Made by a program: the position numbers and the translations under genes. A stretch of DNA of 64,000 nt, taken from the NCBI GenBank assembly GCA_001643675.2, contig LSRY02000043.1, positions 805,232 to 869,231 of the forward strand, given 5' to 3'. This stretch comes from Monocercomonoides exilis PA203 (Eukaryota; Protista; Preaxostyla). Positions 51,301-64,000 of this stretch are shown one piece after another. Numbering within the stretch: position 1 is the first letter of the stretch; every line of letters starts with the position of its first letter. Below the pieces are notes generated by a model. The model made no database searches and was not told where the DNA came from. It saw only the letters and a program-made list of their open reading frames with translations.

Positions 51301-54300
51301 ACTTGTGGCATTTGCCTTGGAGCCTGAACTGAAACAGTCGCAGACTTGTGTGTTTGCAGTCGAAGGGGAAGGGAATGGTGCGCTGACGCTCTCTTCATCG
51401 CGGGTGAGCGGCGATGCGGATGTGCTGTCTGTCCCGTTCTGTTTTGTGTGTGTGAGAAAGGGGAAGATGCTGATGAGCAGTGTTGTTGTGGAGCATTTGT
51501 GCTTTTTGGTGGAGCCGTTTGTGAGGTGCAGCGGAACGGAGTCTGAAACGGTGATGATGCAGGCAACGTTCGCTGACACGACAAGCTGGGGAGAAGAAGG
51601 GTTGATTGTGCTTCGCGATGGCTCCACGGCAAAAATCAGCAAGAGTGCGTTTGAAAGCAGCAGCGGAAGCAAGCAGCCGATGATTGTTGTGAACAAAGCC
51701 AGGAAGACCAATGTGAGCGAGACAAGCGTAGACTGCTCTCTTTCTGGTCAAGGAGATGGGTGTTTCCTTCGCGGAACGCTGGGAGTGGGGTGCGAAATGG
51801 TTGTAGATGGAGGAAACATGAGTGGGACATGCCCAAGAGGAAACGGGGGAATGCTGAGACTGGTGCTGGAAGGCGGAAGCAAGCTGCAGATTGGAAGAAG
51901 CATGGAGACGATTGTGAGCAAGTGCAAAGCAGTTTTTGCAGCAGGGAGTGGGGATATGGAGGAGGGATGTATTTGGAGACAAATAGCAGTGACGTGAATA
52001 TGGGGCTGAATGCAGTGAAGTTTGATGGATGTCAAGCAGACAGGCATGGACACAATCTGTTTTTAACAGCCCCCAACTTCACAGCTTCTGTGACAAAAGC
52101 CACACTCGGATTTGTGGCTGACACCACAAATGAAGAGGAGCTTGAGGGATATGAAGGAGGAAACAGCACATATGCAATCCCGTTGGTGCTGTATCTGCGT
52201 GACGACCCTGAGCCAGTTATGGTTGGTGGAGATAACAAAAAGATTTCGACAGATGTGGATATGCTGGACACGGGTGCGAAACGATGGACTTTGTGATGGC
52301 TCGGTGGGTGGAGGAAAACGGACTCAACGCATCAATATCAAACACTGTGCCGCTATACTCGGAGGCAAGTCTTGTCAGCGGAGTATTTGTGCTGAACGGC
52401 ACATCAGTATATTCTCAAATAGACGTGTTCGAAAATGCTGCAAAGAAACAGGATGGGATGATAGAGACAAGCTGTGCGACAACATTTACGGGACTGAAGA
52501 TTACTGGGCCAGCGAGCTTGAACACGAGGTTTTATCTAATATGCACGAAAAGTGGAGTCTTGACATTGAGCTCGTGCGCTCTGAGTGTACGCTCGTCACT
52601 CACAGCTGCATATTCCATGATCGCCTGCACAGGAGGGCAGACAACGTTGAATGATGTGACCATCAGGAATGCTGTGTGTGCGTGTGGAGCCATGATTTGG
52701 ATCACAGGAGAAGGAAGCTGCACCATGGATGAATGCACAATGATGAATGCAAAGGGTTCGGAAGCAACAGATGGATGCGTTGTCTATGCATCATCTGGCA
52801 CTCTGGAAATAGGAAACACGACATTTTCAGAGGAAGGGGCAGATGACAGATCAGGCAGCGTGAGGCTGGCAGATAAGCTGGGAAAGTGGATGGGAGTGAG
52901 GAACTGCACGTTCAGAGGCTTGTCAAGGAACGGAGAAAAAGGATGTGTGCTGTTTGGGATGTTGGATGAAGGGATGGTGCTTGAGCTGAACGATGTGAAC
53001 ATGGAGAACTGCACTGTGAGTGGAGGAAGCGGAGGAGGATGCTTTGTGGAGTTGTCGAAGACAGCAAGACTTCGTGTCGGAGAGAGTGGGAATAGAATGC
53101 TGGCTGAAGGATGCCGAGCGCTGGCTGGCGAATGTGGCGGATTGAAGGGATTTGGAGGAGGAATGCTGGTGAAGTGCATTGAAGAGGCAAGTGATATGAT
53201 AATTGCGGGGTGAAATTTGGAGAAGGGGAAAAAGCGAACATGGCTGACAAGGGAGGAAACAATGTGTTTGTTTCGTGTGTGAATTTATCAATGGTGGTGA
53301 ATGAAGGCTCGTTCAACTTTGACTTTATGAAGAAAGTTGAAGAGTCGCCCAGGCTGTGGGATTTGATGGGGATGGAAAATGGAGCAAGAGAGAATCCGAT
53401 TCCGCTTGTTGTGTTCTTTCGAGAAAGCGCAGGGAATGTGTTTGTTGGAGACAAAGGGTGCGATTATGTATTATGCGGGTTTGAGGATTATCCGTGCAGA
53501 GGAATTGTGCATGCTGCAGCACTGCGAAAAGGATCGGAAAACGTGGTGGTTACGCTTCTTGCAGACTTTGGGTTTTGCGATTCCATAATTCTGGATGCTC
53601 AAGAAATGACCATCAACACCCAAGGCAACAGCCACGAAAGAATGGTCCATGGAGAAGGAGAAGGAGAATCCGACTGGTTGATAGAGACCAAAAAGAACAT
53701 CACTTTTGAAGATGTCTCATTTGGGATGCCGCCTTCATTTAACTACCAACGTGAAAGCTTTCTGAGGTGCAGCAAAGACAAACTGGAGCTCAGAAGGTGT
53801 TTGGCGAAGGTTGAGGCAGACTCAAGGAGGATTGATTATTCATTTGTTAGTGTGGAAGGAGGGATGCTTGTGATGGATGATTTTTCAGCGATGGAGTTGT
53901 GTGCTGTGCAACATGGGCTTGTGGATGGAAGAGGGCTGGACTCAAAAGTGGAGCTAAGTGGGGTGAAGTTTGAGGGTATTTCTGTGGAAGGAGAAAGAGG
54001 AGTTGTGTGTGGGCAAAGCTGTGGATTGCTCAGCATGAATGATTCTTGGATGAATTCGTCTGCTCTTGGAGACAGCTGCTTGGTGTGGTTTTGCGGGTGC
54101 GCATCCGTTAACATGAAAGGGCTGAGCATCTGGAACGTGTCGAGAACAGCAGGGAGTGGAGGGGCATTCAGTGGAGAAATAGGAGAAGGGTGCAAGTGCG
54201 AGATCCGAGGGAGCACATTTGGCAATGTGAGTTGTGGGGAGCATGCTGGAAGGGGAGGGTGCGGAGCTGTGGAGGTGATGAGAAATGGGAAGCTGATTAT

Positions 54301-57300
54301 TGAGGGGTGCGTTTTTGAAAAGAATGGGGTGGATGAAGAAGCAGGGTTTGGGGGAGGGTTGTTTGCTCGGTTTGTGGATGTGAGTGTAAAGTACAGCATG
54401 AAGCACAACACATTTGCAGAGAACAAAGCAAGCGTGGGGAAAGATGTGTATGTGATTTGCCCGCAGGCGAGAAAGATGCTGTATCAGGAGTTGTGGGAAG
54501 GAACAGTCGAAGAGGATGATGAAAAAGAGCGGTTTTGGGTTTATGATGAGAGTTCTGGAGTGGTAATCAACACTTCGATATTAGTTATGCTTTTTCCGGC
54601 AGGCGAGGAGATTGTATTTGTTGATGGAACAGTGATAAATTCAGAGGGGTGTGGGCACGAAGAAACACCATGTGGCGATGTGTTGCATGGGTTCAAAGCA
54701 ATGAACGAAAATCAGACCACAATAAGGATTGTGTCGGGCACATTTTTGGGATCAGTTATTGATCGAGACTCATCGCTCGCAATTGAAGGGGCAAAGGCAA
54801 TTCACCCAGAGCTGGAGATAAAACAAAGCGGGCAGCTATGTGTGTCTCATGAAAACATATCCCTTTCGCTTCGAGGCTTGACTTTCAGATTTGCAACAGA
54901 ACTTTCGCCAGCATTAACTTCTTCACAATTATCTTCGGTATCTTCTTTTGAGTTGAATTCTGTCTTTGCTATCAGCTGCGGACGATGCGCAGTGACAGAT
55001 TGTGCATTTGGAAGAGGAGGCGAAGGAGGAGATGAAGACCAATCAGAGGTGACAAGATGGCTGGTATATGAAACCGGAGGTGCAGTTGAGATGAGTTCTG
55101 TTCAGTTTGAAAGTGTTGATTTTTGCAATGAATGTGGGATTGGACTTTGCCTTGGTGGAGAAATGGTTTGCCAAAACGTCACAATTTCCCACATTGCAAC
55201 AGATGGCCCGAATATGTTTGAAAGCAGAGGCAATGCTCGGGTGGAATTCAGCATGATGAACGTGAGCCATGCAAGAGCAGAGAAAGGACGATTTGTCACT
55301 GTGAAGGAAGGGTCGAGCTTGATGATGGGCGAGGAGTGTGCGCTTGAGGGTTGTGGGCGAAGTTCAGTGAATGGGAGTTTTGCTTGCTGCGAAATGAGCA
55401 AGGAAGCAGAGCTGAAGATAGAATCTGGGGCAATGAGCCATTGGGCATGCGACAATGAGAAAGGTTATGGAGGATGCCTGTTCGTCAAGCTGTGTGCCGG
55501 GTTTGGTGGAGATTTTTACTTCAAAAATATTCAGTTGAGTGAGAATGATGCCTTTGAGGGGAAGGACATGTTTGTGGAATGTGTAGAACTAAATGCATCG
55601 GTGACACAAGAAAGGTTCAGGTTTGAGCTGGCAAGTGGGAGCGACGGGAAGGCTGCTGATCTGAAGGGTATTGATGCAACGCGCTTTCCCTCTCCAGTGG
55701 ATTTGAGGCTGTTTCTTATTCAGGCGCACTGCATGCAGGCTGTTGTGTCCAGCGAAGGGTATGACACTTTGGGCTGCGGGGTGCTGATGCATCCCTGCCA
55801 GTCATTTTGGAGAGGCTATTGCAACACGCAGGCAGACGCAGATCCAAAGGAGCTGGCAATACAGGAGGGTGCAACAGTCAGTCGCGGATACGATATGTCT
55901 TCATTTGTTGTTGCTTCGTTGCCAGCAGAAGAATACAGCAAACTGCACATTTCACATGACATCCAGGATGGGATATCTGGTGCAGTGTTTTGGAATGCCA
56001 AGGCGCTGTTGTTCCGCACAATCAAATTCTCATTTCCCCCAACAGCATCATCTGCCGTTCGTTCGATGATTGCTTCGTCGTCTGCAAGCTCTTTGCTGTC
56101 GATTATCAACTGCTCCATATCCAAAGCGAGTGGCGCTGCAGTTCAATATGTGGCTGTATCAGTCACAGGGGCGAGCTTGTTATTGAAAGCAGTTCGTACA
56201 CATCGTCTGGCGAGTATGCTTCTGCTCCCTTTTCTGTTCGTGGCACAATGTGTGCGATAAACAGCTCATTCAGCACGGCTCAAACGAGATCAAGCAAGGA
56301 AGGAGGGCTGATGCAAATCAAAACGAGTGGCGGTGATTCGGTAAAGATGGAGGGATGCACACTGGAAGGGTGTGCATGCACTGAAGAGAATGGGAAAGGG
56401 GGCGCTTTGTATGTTGATGGGAAAGAAGCCGTTCAGTCTAATTGTTTGCTGCTGAAAAGTGTCAATTTTGCAGCGAATCACGCACAAATCGGGGAGCACA
56501 TGTTTGTTGCGTGTAAAGACCTGAATGCCACAGTGACAAAGTCGAGCTTCATGTTTTCGTTGGATTTTGTCAAGGAAGATGACAATGGGCTGATGGGAAG
56601 CGATGCAGTGCATAATGAAACAACGCTTCTGAGGTTTCTTGTGCAGTACAAAGGAAGCACAGTGCACATTGCTCGAGCCGGGTATGACTTGTTGCGATGT
56701 GGAGGAGCAGAGGATCCGTGCAGGAGCTGGACTCACGGGGTGAAGCAATTTGAGTCAGAGTCCCCCACAAAAATAGTTGTGATCGATGGAGGCTGCAACT
56801 ACAAGGAGAATGGGGTGCTTTCGGATTATGAAGTGAAGTCGATTGGGGAGGAAGAAGAGGAGCAATCAAGAGCTGAGCTTTGCGTCGTGCAGGGCGATGA
56901 CGAACAACATGACGTGTGCATGCGAAATGCAGGGGTGCTTTGTTTTGAAAAGATCTCGTTTGTTGTGGCAGAGGGGTTTTCAAACGAGGAAAACGGGGTG
57001 ATTGTCAGCGAAGATGGGAACTTGAGGTTGACGAGCTGCGAGGCTTGGATGAACGGCAGAGCTTTGCTGGAAAATAGCGCTTCATTTGTCGTTGTGCTGA
57101 GAGGGGCTGTGCTGCTGGAAGGAATGACAGTGAGCCGCTCATCGTTTGGAAGAAGTTTGATGGAAATAGCGTCTCATGTGGATTGTGTGTTGGATTCTGT
57201 CAGTGCAGAATTGATAAATGTTGAAGAAGGATGCATAATTAGCATGAGAGATGACGACTCTGAGCAAATGAACAGCAAAAACGCTGGAGCAGGGATTTCA

Positions 57301-60300
57301 TTAAACAAGTGCTCATTCAAGAATATCACAAACAACGGAGAGAGCGGAAGCGTTGTGGTTGTTGGAGGAAGAGGCAGTGGAAGCAAACTTTGCATTAATT
57401 CGAGTATGCTTGAAATGTGCACAAGCAGCAATTCGCAGAAAGGAGGGGCAATTCTGTTTCGATTGAGCTCTGGCGGATGCTTGGACGTGAGGGGTTCGAC
57501 GATTGGGCTGTGCAGCTGTTCGGCACAGAATGGGTGTGGAGGCGGCTTCTATGTTGAGGCTGTGCATGCAGGAAGCCTGAACATGCTTTTTGCTAATATC
57601 AAGTTCGACTCGAACATTGCGCATATCGGGAGGGATTTGTTTGTGGAGTGCAACAACATCAAAGAGCAGATCAACGAGACGCAGTTCCAGTTTGATCTGA
57701 GAGAATCGAAGTACAACAGGCTGAATGCAATATTTGGAATAGACAGAGCAGAGTTGTGTGTGGAGGCAGTGAATCTGATTGAGTTTATTGTGATATATCA
57801 GAATGACACGATCTTCACGAGCTCGGATGATGGATCAGCAAGTGAAGACAGCAAAAACTGTGGAACTCAGGCGCTTCCATGCTTGTCGGTTGGGTATGCT
57901 GTTGGCCATCTCACATATGACTTTGAAAGCCAGATTGTGGTTGTTGGAGAAGGGTTGATTGGAAAGGAAGTGGACGTGGCAAATGTATCGATACGATCGC
58001 GGGGATCAGAGACTGCACTTCTGCGCATTGGCACACAACTGGAATGCACACGCCAGTATGTGGTGCTGTGTTCGGAGGCAGTTTTCTTCAGGGGGATTTC
58101 GTTTGTTGTTTGTGCAGAGAGCATGCGTGGTCATGGATGCTTTGTGGAGTGCAGCAGAGGCACAACACAAATGACAAGGTGCTCGTTTCGAAGCGATGCA
58201 GAGATGGGAGATTCCACCAAGATAAATGCCATTTTGGTGCAAGTGGAGGCAAGGGGATGTCTGCAACTGGAAAACACAACACTGAGACAGATATCGTCAG
58301 AATGTCCGCTGATAGCATGTGAAGGACAATCAACGCTGCGCTGCACTTCCCTAATCATGGAATCGCTTTTCTGTGCATGTGATGCGATTCTTGTAAAAGA
58401 ATGCGAATTATTGGGCATGGAAAAAGTCGAGTGCCATGATGTTGTGTGCGGCAGTGGAGCGCTGTTTGCCTTTCAGGGAATAAATGCTGGTGAGAGGAGT
58501 GGAAACAGTGAAGAATACTCTCTTTCAATGGGCTCATTTAAAAATATATCAATCGAGGCAAGAAAGCAAACACTTTTCTGTTTTACGCGCTTAACAAATC
58601 TGCGAATGCGAAACATCACTTTTAGCAGATGCTCGGCACTTGTGCAGAATGGCATGTTGCTATCTTCTGATAGATGCCATGAAACAGAAATTGAATACTG
58701 CAGCTTTAGCGGGAAAGGAATGGACGACACCGTGGAGTCAAAGACGCCAAGAAGCGAGATATGCAAATGGAATGGATCACTAGTTGCCCTGCAACAGTCT
58801 GAGACAATAATAAGAGGCACCACCATATCAGAATCGCCAATCGGGGATTATTTGTGTCTGGAGGGAATGTGATGATAGATCAAGGGAGTTTCGGGACAAC
58901 AATGCAAAGGTGAAAGGATATCCATCTGCACGAAGGAATATAGCATGCGCTGATCGTGGCATGCTGTCAATCGCAAGCCTGAAAGGAGGAGACGGCATGT
59001 TGCCAAGCACATCCATGTGGATTGCAAATAGCAATTGTGTGCTTGGTGGAATTGCTTCAGAGCGAGCATCATCATTTTTTATCCCTGTGCTAGAGTCGGT
59101 GAAGATGGAAAAAGGAGAAATTACAACAGAGCTCACATTCATCGGAAGGCTTCTTCTTCCATGCAATCTGACAGTTCAGATAGCTTTTTCAATTGGAAGT
59201 GAGTCTCAAATAGAAAAGCAAAATATGAATGAGAGCGACTACAAATCTGAAACTGAGATTCACAGCTGGATACCTTCCACAAAAATAAATGGAGTATCGG
59301 AAGAGGTTGAAGTGTCAGTGTGCATTCTGTTTGGAGACGAGAGCATTCGGCGACCAACTGATTCTTTCATCCTGAAGAACAGGAGCGAGCAGAAGAGCTT
59401 TGGCGATGAGAAAATAACAGAAGGAGCACAAAGCCCAAATGCATCATGGCCAGTTATTGTTTGCATCGCAGTAGTAGTAATTCTTTTAATAACATTGATT
59501 ATATTTATAGTCCGATGGAGAAAGCAAAAGAGAAGAACAGAAGAGCTGGAAGTGATTGTTGAAGACACAGTGAAGAAGGATCCGAAAGCGTTTGAGATGG
59601 TGACGATGGAGATGTCACCCGAGGAGCAGTGGAGGAGAGCTGAGAGGGAGGCAGAGAAGAAGAATGAAGAGAGGATAAAGAAGAGAGTGTATGAGAAAAG
59701 CTTGGGACATTCAGAGTCATCAGAGCATTTGTTGAGTGAGAGTGGCTCAACAGAATACATCTTGGGGAGAGATTCAGACAAGATCCCTCAATGGATGCTT
59801 GAGAAGGTTGAAGATGAGGAAGAGACGAGGAAAAGAACACCATCGCCATCCATTTCATCCACCTCAACAACAGACACTACAGACACAGACACAACATTTG
59901 TTCGAGGAGAGGATCTGTGTCCAACCACCTCATCGATGTCGAATCTGGTGGATGCAATGGCCTGTTCATCGCCACATGAGAAGCTCATTGTGGACTTGAG
60001 GGATTCGCTGTTCATGTTGCTTCATGGAAGGAATGAGAAGAAAGAGATGGCGATAGGCACTCTGCAGGAGCGGAGGTCTCGGCTGCTCAGATCCTGTTCT
60101 GGGTGGCCAACCTTGCCCTCCACTCATTTGATGAAGAACAGGAATTGCCTTCTCTTGCCAACCTCAGCCCTCACATCGTGCTGTTTTCTGAGCACATGGT
60201 GATCTGCATTGCACTCCACTCCGACTGCTCCTCAGACTCAGACACTTCATCCACTTTTTCTTCCACCTCGACAATTGTCACCTCTTCCTCTGATGTTTCT

Positions 60301-60771
60301 GTGAAGAGCGAGAGATTCTCAAAATCACCACCACCTTCGTCGGCCTTTGAGGATGAGGATGACAACCGGAAAGAGTGTCTGCGGTGGAAGGCGCCAGAGC
60401 TGCTGATGAACAAAGATCTGGGAGCCACAAAGAAGACAGTTGTGTTCTCGATTGGGATGATGCTGTGGGAGAGTCTGACGCTGGAGATCCCGTTTGGCGA
60501 GTATGAAGCAGAGGTGGCGGGGATGTGGCTGAAAGAAGGAAAGCGGCCGAAGACGGGAGGACTGGAAGGGAGCAGGCTGGAAGGGCTGGTGAAAGGGTGC
60601 TTTTCGCAAGAGGCGAGGGACAGGTGCACTCTGACAGATGTGAAGCGGGTGCTAATTGGGCTGTTCCCGGCCGGGACAGTCATGCTCACAGTGACCGATG
60701 CGATTGGGCTGGAGGAAGAATCAGGAAGCTACAGGAAATACAGCAGGTTCAGTGGGGAAGGAAGCAACTGA
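48390..60771 (+). CDS. Giant (~4,100 aa) single-pass receptor-like protein: signal peptide, repeated Cys/Gly-rich beta-helix modules, TM, kinase-like C-terminus; fragmented by ~11 single-base frameshifts
   Basis: Ten overlapping ORFs continue one another. The protein has an N-terminal hydrophobic leader, about 8 CGxxxxxC modules, a TM segment WPVIVCIAVVVILLITLIIFIVRWRK, and kinase C-lobe motifs RWKAPE and VFSIGMMLWESLTLEIPF. Confidence 0.8.
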
Positions 60772-61671
60772 GAAGGCAGAAATTAAAGTGAGCGTGATTT
60801 TGACGGATGAGCATAACAATGTTTGAAAATGGAATGACAAAGAAAAGAGAAACGGAAAAAGAAGAGGCTAGTGGAATTGGTCACACAAGATTTCACAGAT
60901 AGAAGATCCATTGAAGAAGCATTGGAAGCAAATGAATGGATGGATTGCAGCCGCATTTTGTGTGACGAATATGGTGAGATGCCCGTCATCACGCACAATT
61001 GCGATATCTGCTTGAATTTATCTTGCTCTCTTTTCTTTTCTTTCTTTTATTTTTTCCTTTATATTTTTTGTTTGTGAAGAAAGGATTTCTTCTACGTGCC
61101 TTTTCTTCTATTGGCTGATTCATGGCATTTGCATGCACGTGCCACATACACTCTGCATTTCAGCACATGTCTATTTTTGAGGCATTGGCTTTCTTCCAAG
61201 TTGAATTATGTTATTAATAGTATTTTTCATTTCAAAGAAATTCACCAAAAAAATGATTCAAAATCGGGAGAAAAAATCAATCAAGAAAGCACGATTATGA
61301 TTCAAAAAATTCTTTGTTTTAACTAAATATAAATTCTATTGTTGTTTCAATTTAAAATCAAATAATAATTTTTTATTTGTTAATTCAATACTTGAATTTA
61401 TGATGATATTAGAAGCAATATTCCACACTTTTTTGGATGTTATTTAATTGTTTGACTGTTAGCACATAAACAAAAGTGTTTCTGAAAAATCACTGAAAAA
61501 AAAAATTCTTATTCATTTTAATAAAATTCAACAAACCAATTTGTGATTATATTTTTTATTGAAAAAACAAGATAGTTATTTGTATTAAAGGTAAGAGTGA
61601 ACTCAACCGACACCCTAAAATTAACATCCATAATCATTTTCCCAACATATTAAATGATAAATATTTAATAT

Positions 61672-61925
61672 GGGTGATTATTTTTGAAATCATAACTTTT
61701 TTCGGGATGCTGATTATTTTGATAATTCATTGTCAAAGAGAATCAATTAATCTTTGAAATGAAAAATCATTTCAATTGTGTCAAAAGCCAATATTTGATG
61801 AAAATGGAATACAAAGATTGTCTTTATAGGATTTATCACTTTCCTGTGTCCATTTATCAATATTCAAAACGATATTATCAAATCGAATTTTTGTTCAAAA
61901 AATATGATTTCAAAAATAATCATCC
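61672..61925. mobile_element. MITE copy 4, TSD ATAT
   Basis: GGGTGATTATTTTTGAAATCATA...TATGATTTCAAAAATAATCATCC, with ATAT at 61668-61671 and 61926-61929. Confidence 0.85.
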
Positions 61926-64000
61926 ATATATTCTAATTTTATTTAGAAAAATAACTATATTCAAATATTAAAAATCATCTCTTTCTTATCATTTATTTAC
62001 AAAAATAATTAGATTTTCTAGGAAAACCCTAACTTTTTTTACCTTTTCTTAACCATAGCAAATAAAACGCGAAAACAATTAGTCGTATAACACTAAAAAT
62101 CTTCAATTCAGAGATTGTTTAAGAAAAGAAATAACATAAATATGAATGTAATGAGTGTGATCAAAATAGGTGTCGATTGATGCCACTTTTGCCGTGTTAA
62201 AAATTATTATTAAAATAATTTTTAGTCTGTTCGCGTGTGAAAAAGTTTTCAAAAATAGCAAGCAAAGTGTTTGTGCACATAATTTTTCGTTGGCACTTCA
62301 TCAAAAGAAATAATTGTTTATCATCGAAACTTTATTATTTTAATTTCCGAGCGTATTGCATAAAAGAAACGGAATAAAAAATTCACACAAAATTTAGTGA
62401 GATTGCGTTCATAATTATTTCAATCTGAAAATCAATATGAATATATTTCACTTGATTCTGATTTTTTAAAAAGAAAAATATATCATTTTTTTTAATATCA
62501 CATATTTGTCAGATTTTAAAATTCACTCAACCAACATCGTTGAATTCCCAACAAATATTTCAAAATTTGCATTCAAAATTCAAAGTTCTTGAACCATGAT
62601 AATATCAATAAATTCAGAAAGAAATGATAAATATCAGCATTATAGGAACTTAAAAATTTTATGGTAAATTATGAATATGACAAACGATTATCAACACTTT
62701 TCTCAAAATGATTATTTTCTTTTGTTTTTTGAATGTTTTCGAATGAATCAATTCTCTTAATTGCTATTTATTTCTTTCCTTTCAAAAATGAAATGAATTT
62801 CACCTGTGTGACTGTTTCAAAAATCAAACCATTTTTACTGAAAATTGGGTTATTCTTTTTGAAAAGTCGCAAATATTCAATTAATTATGATTAATAAAGA
62901 ATGCCTCCATTTTGATCAATGTTGAGAACTGATCTGTCAAAAAACAAAACTATTCTTTCAATTACATGTTCACAAAACGAGATTATTCTGTTTTTAACTT
63001 GGTACTTGCTTTCATCATAAATCATTTCTAATTAAAATGGAGGCTTCTATATTAATCATAATTAATTGAATATTTGCGACTTTTCAAAGAATAACCCAAT
63101 TTTCAGTAAAAATGGTTTGATTTTGAAACAGTCACACAGGTAAATTCATTTCATTTTGAAAGGAAAGAAATAAATAGCAATTAAGAGAATTGATTCATTC
63201 GAAAAACATTCAAAAAACAAAGAAAATAATCATTTTGAGAAAAGTGTTGATAATCGTTTGTCATATTCATAATTTACCATAAAATTTTTAAGTTCCTATA
63301 ATGCTGATATTTATCATTTCTTTCTGAATTTATTGATATTATCATGGTTCAAGAACTTTGAATTTTGAATGCAAATTTTGAAATATTTGTTAATTCAACG
63401 ATGTTGGTTGAGTGAATTTTAAATCTGACAAATATGTGATTAAAAAAATGATATATTTTCTTTCTTTTAAAAAATCAGAATCAAGTGAAATATATTCATA
63501 TTGATTTTCAGATTGAAATAATTATGAACGCAATCTCACTAAATTTTGTTTTTTTATTCCGTTTCTTTATGCAATACTCTCGGAAATTAAAATAATAAAG
63601 TTTCGATGATAAACAATTATTTCTTTTGATGAAGTGCCAACGAAAAATTATGTGCACAAACACTGCTTGCTATTTTGAAAACTTTCACACGCGAACAGAC
63701 TAAAAATTATTTTAATAATAATTTTAACGGCAAAAGTGGCATCAATCGACACTATTTTGATCACACTCATTCATTCTTTATGTTATTCTTCTAATAATCT
63801 CTGAATTGAGATTTTAGTATACGACTAATTGTTTCGTTTATTTGCTATGGAGAAGGTAAAAAAAAAAGTGTTTTTCTAAATCTAATTATTTTGTAAATAA
63901 ATGATAAGAAAGAGATGATTTTAATATTTGAATATAGTTATTTTCAAAATAAAATAGAATATGGATGATTATTTTGAAATCATATTTTTTGAACAAAAAT
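61887..64000. repeat. Long fold-back inverted duplication (arms 61887-62913 and 63034-64000, running off the window)
   Basis: The right arm is the reverse complement of the left arm with many small deletions. The spacer is ~120 bp. Confidence 0.95.
62847..63097. mobile_element. MITE copy 5 at the centre of the fold-back, flanked by AATT
   Basis: GGGTTATTCTTTTTGAAAAGTCGCAAAT...ATTTGCGACTTTTCAAAGAATAACCC, the same subfamily ends as 44407-44646. Confidence 0.8.

Noticed and set aside
48390-60771. An operon-like array of ten separate genes, or introns at the ORF breaks
   Set aside because: The peptide continues seamlessly across each break with a one-base shift and no intervening AT-rich intron.

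Overview
AT-rich eukaryotic (protist) DNA with spliceosomal GT-AG introns, read in the standard genetic code. The gene families, poly-Ser low-complexity proteins and composition strongly resemble the oxymonad Monocercomonoides; this is an inference with no database check. Host genes are a multi-exon unknown gene, a Yip1-domain (YIPF1/2-like) gene, a giant WD40 (CFAP251/WDR66-like) plus Ser-rich gene, cathepsin B, a coiled-coil unknown, a HECT E3 ligase, and three members or fragments of a family of huge Cys/Gly-rich beta-helix, transmembrane, kinase-like receptors. The window is rich in DNA transposons: two Merlin/IS1595-type elements, hAT-like and pogo/DDE_1-like remnants, and five copies of a ~250-bp MITE with 4-bp AWWT target duplications. 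The highlight is a 6,874-bp Merlin element (28516-35389). It has 190-bp near-perfect TIRs, an exact 8-bp TSD and an intact transposase, and it carries ~4.4 kb of captured receptor-ectodomain coding sequence. It appears to be nested in an older pogo-like transposase. The window ends in a >2-kb fold-back centred on a MITE, possibly an assembly artefact.
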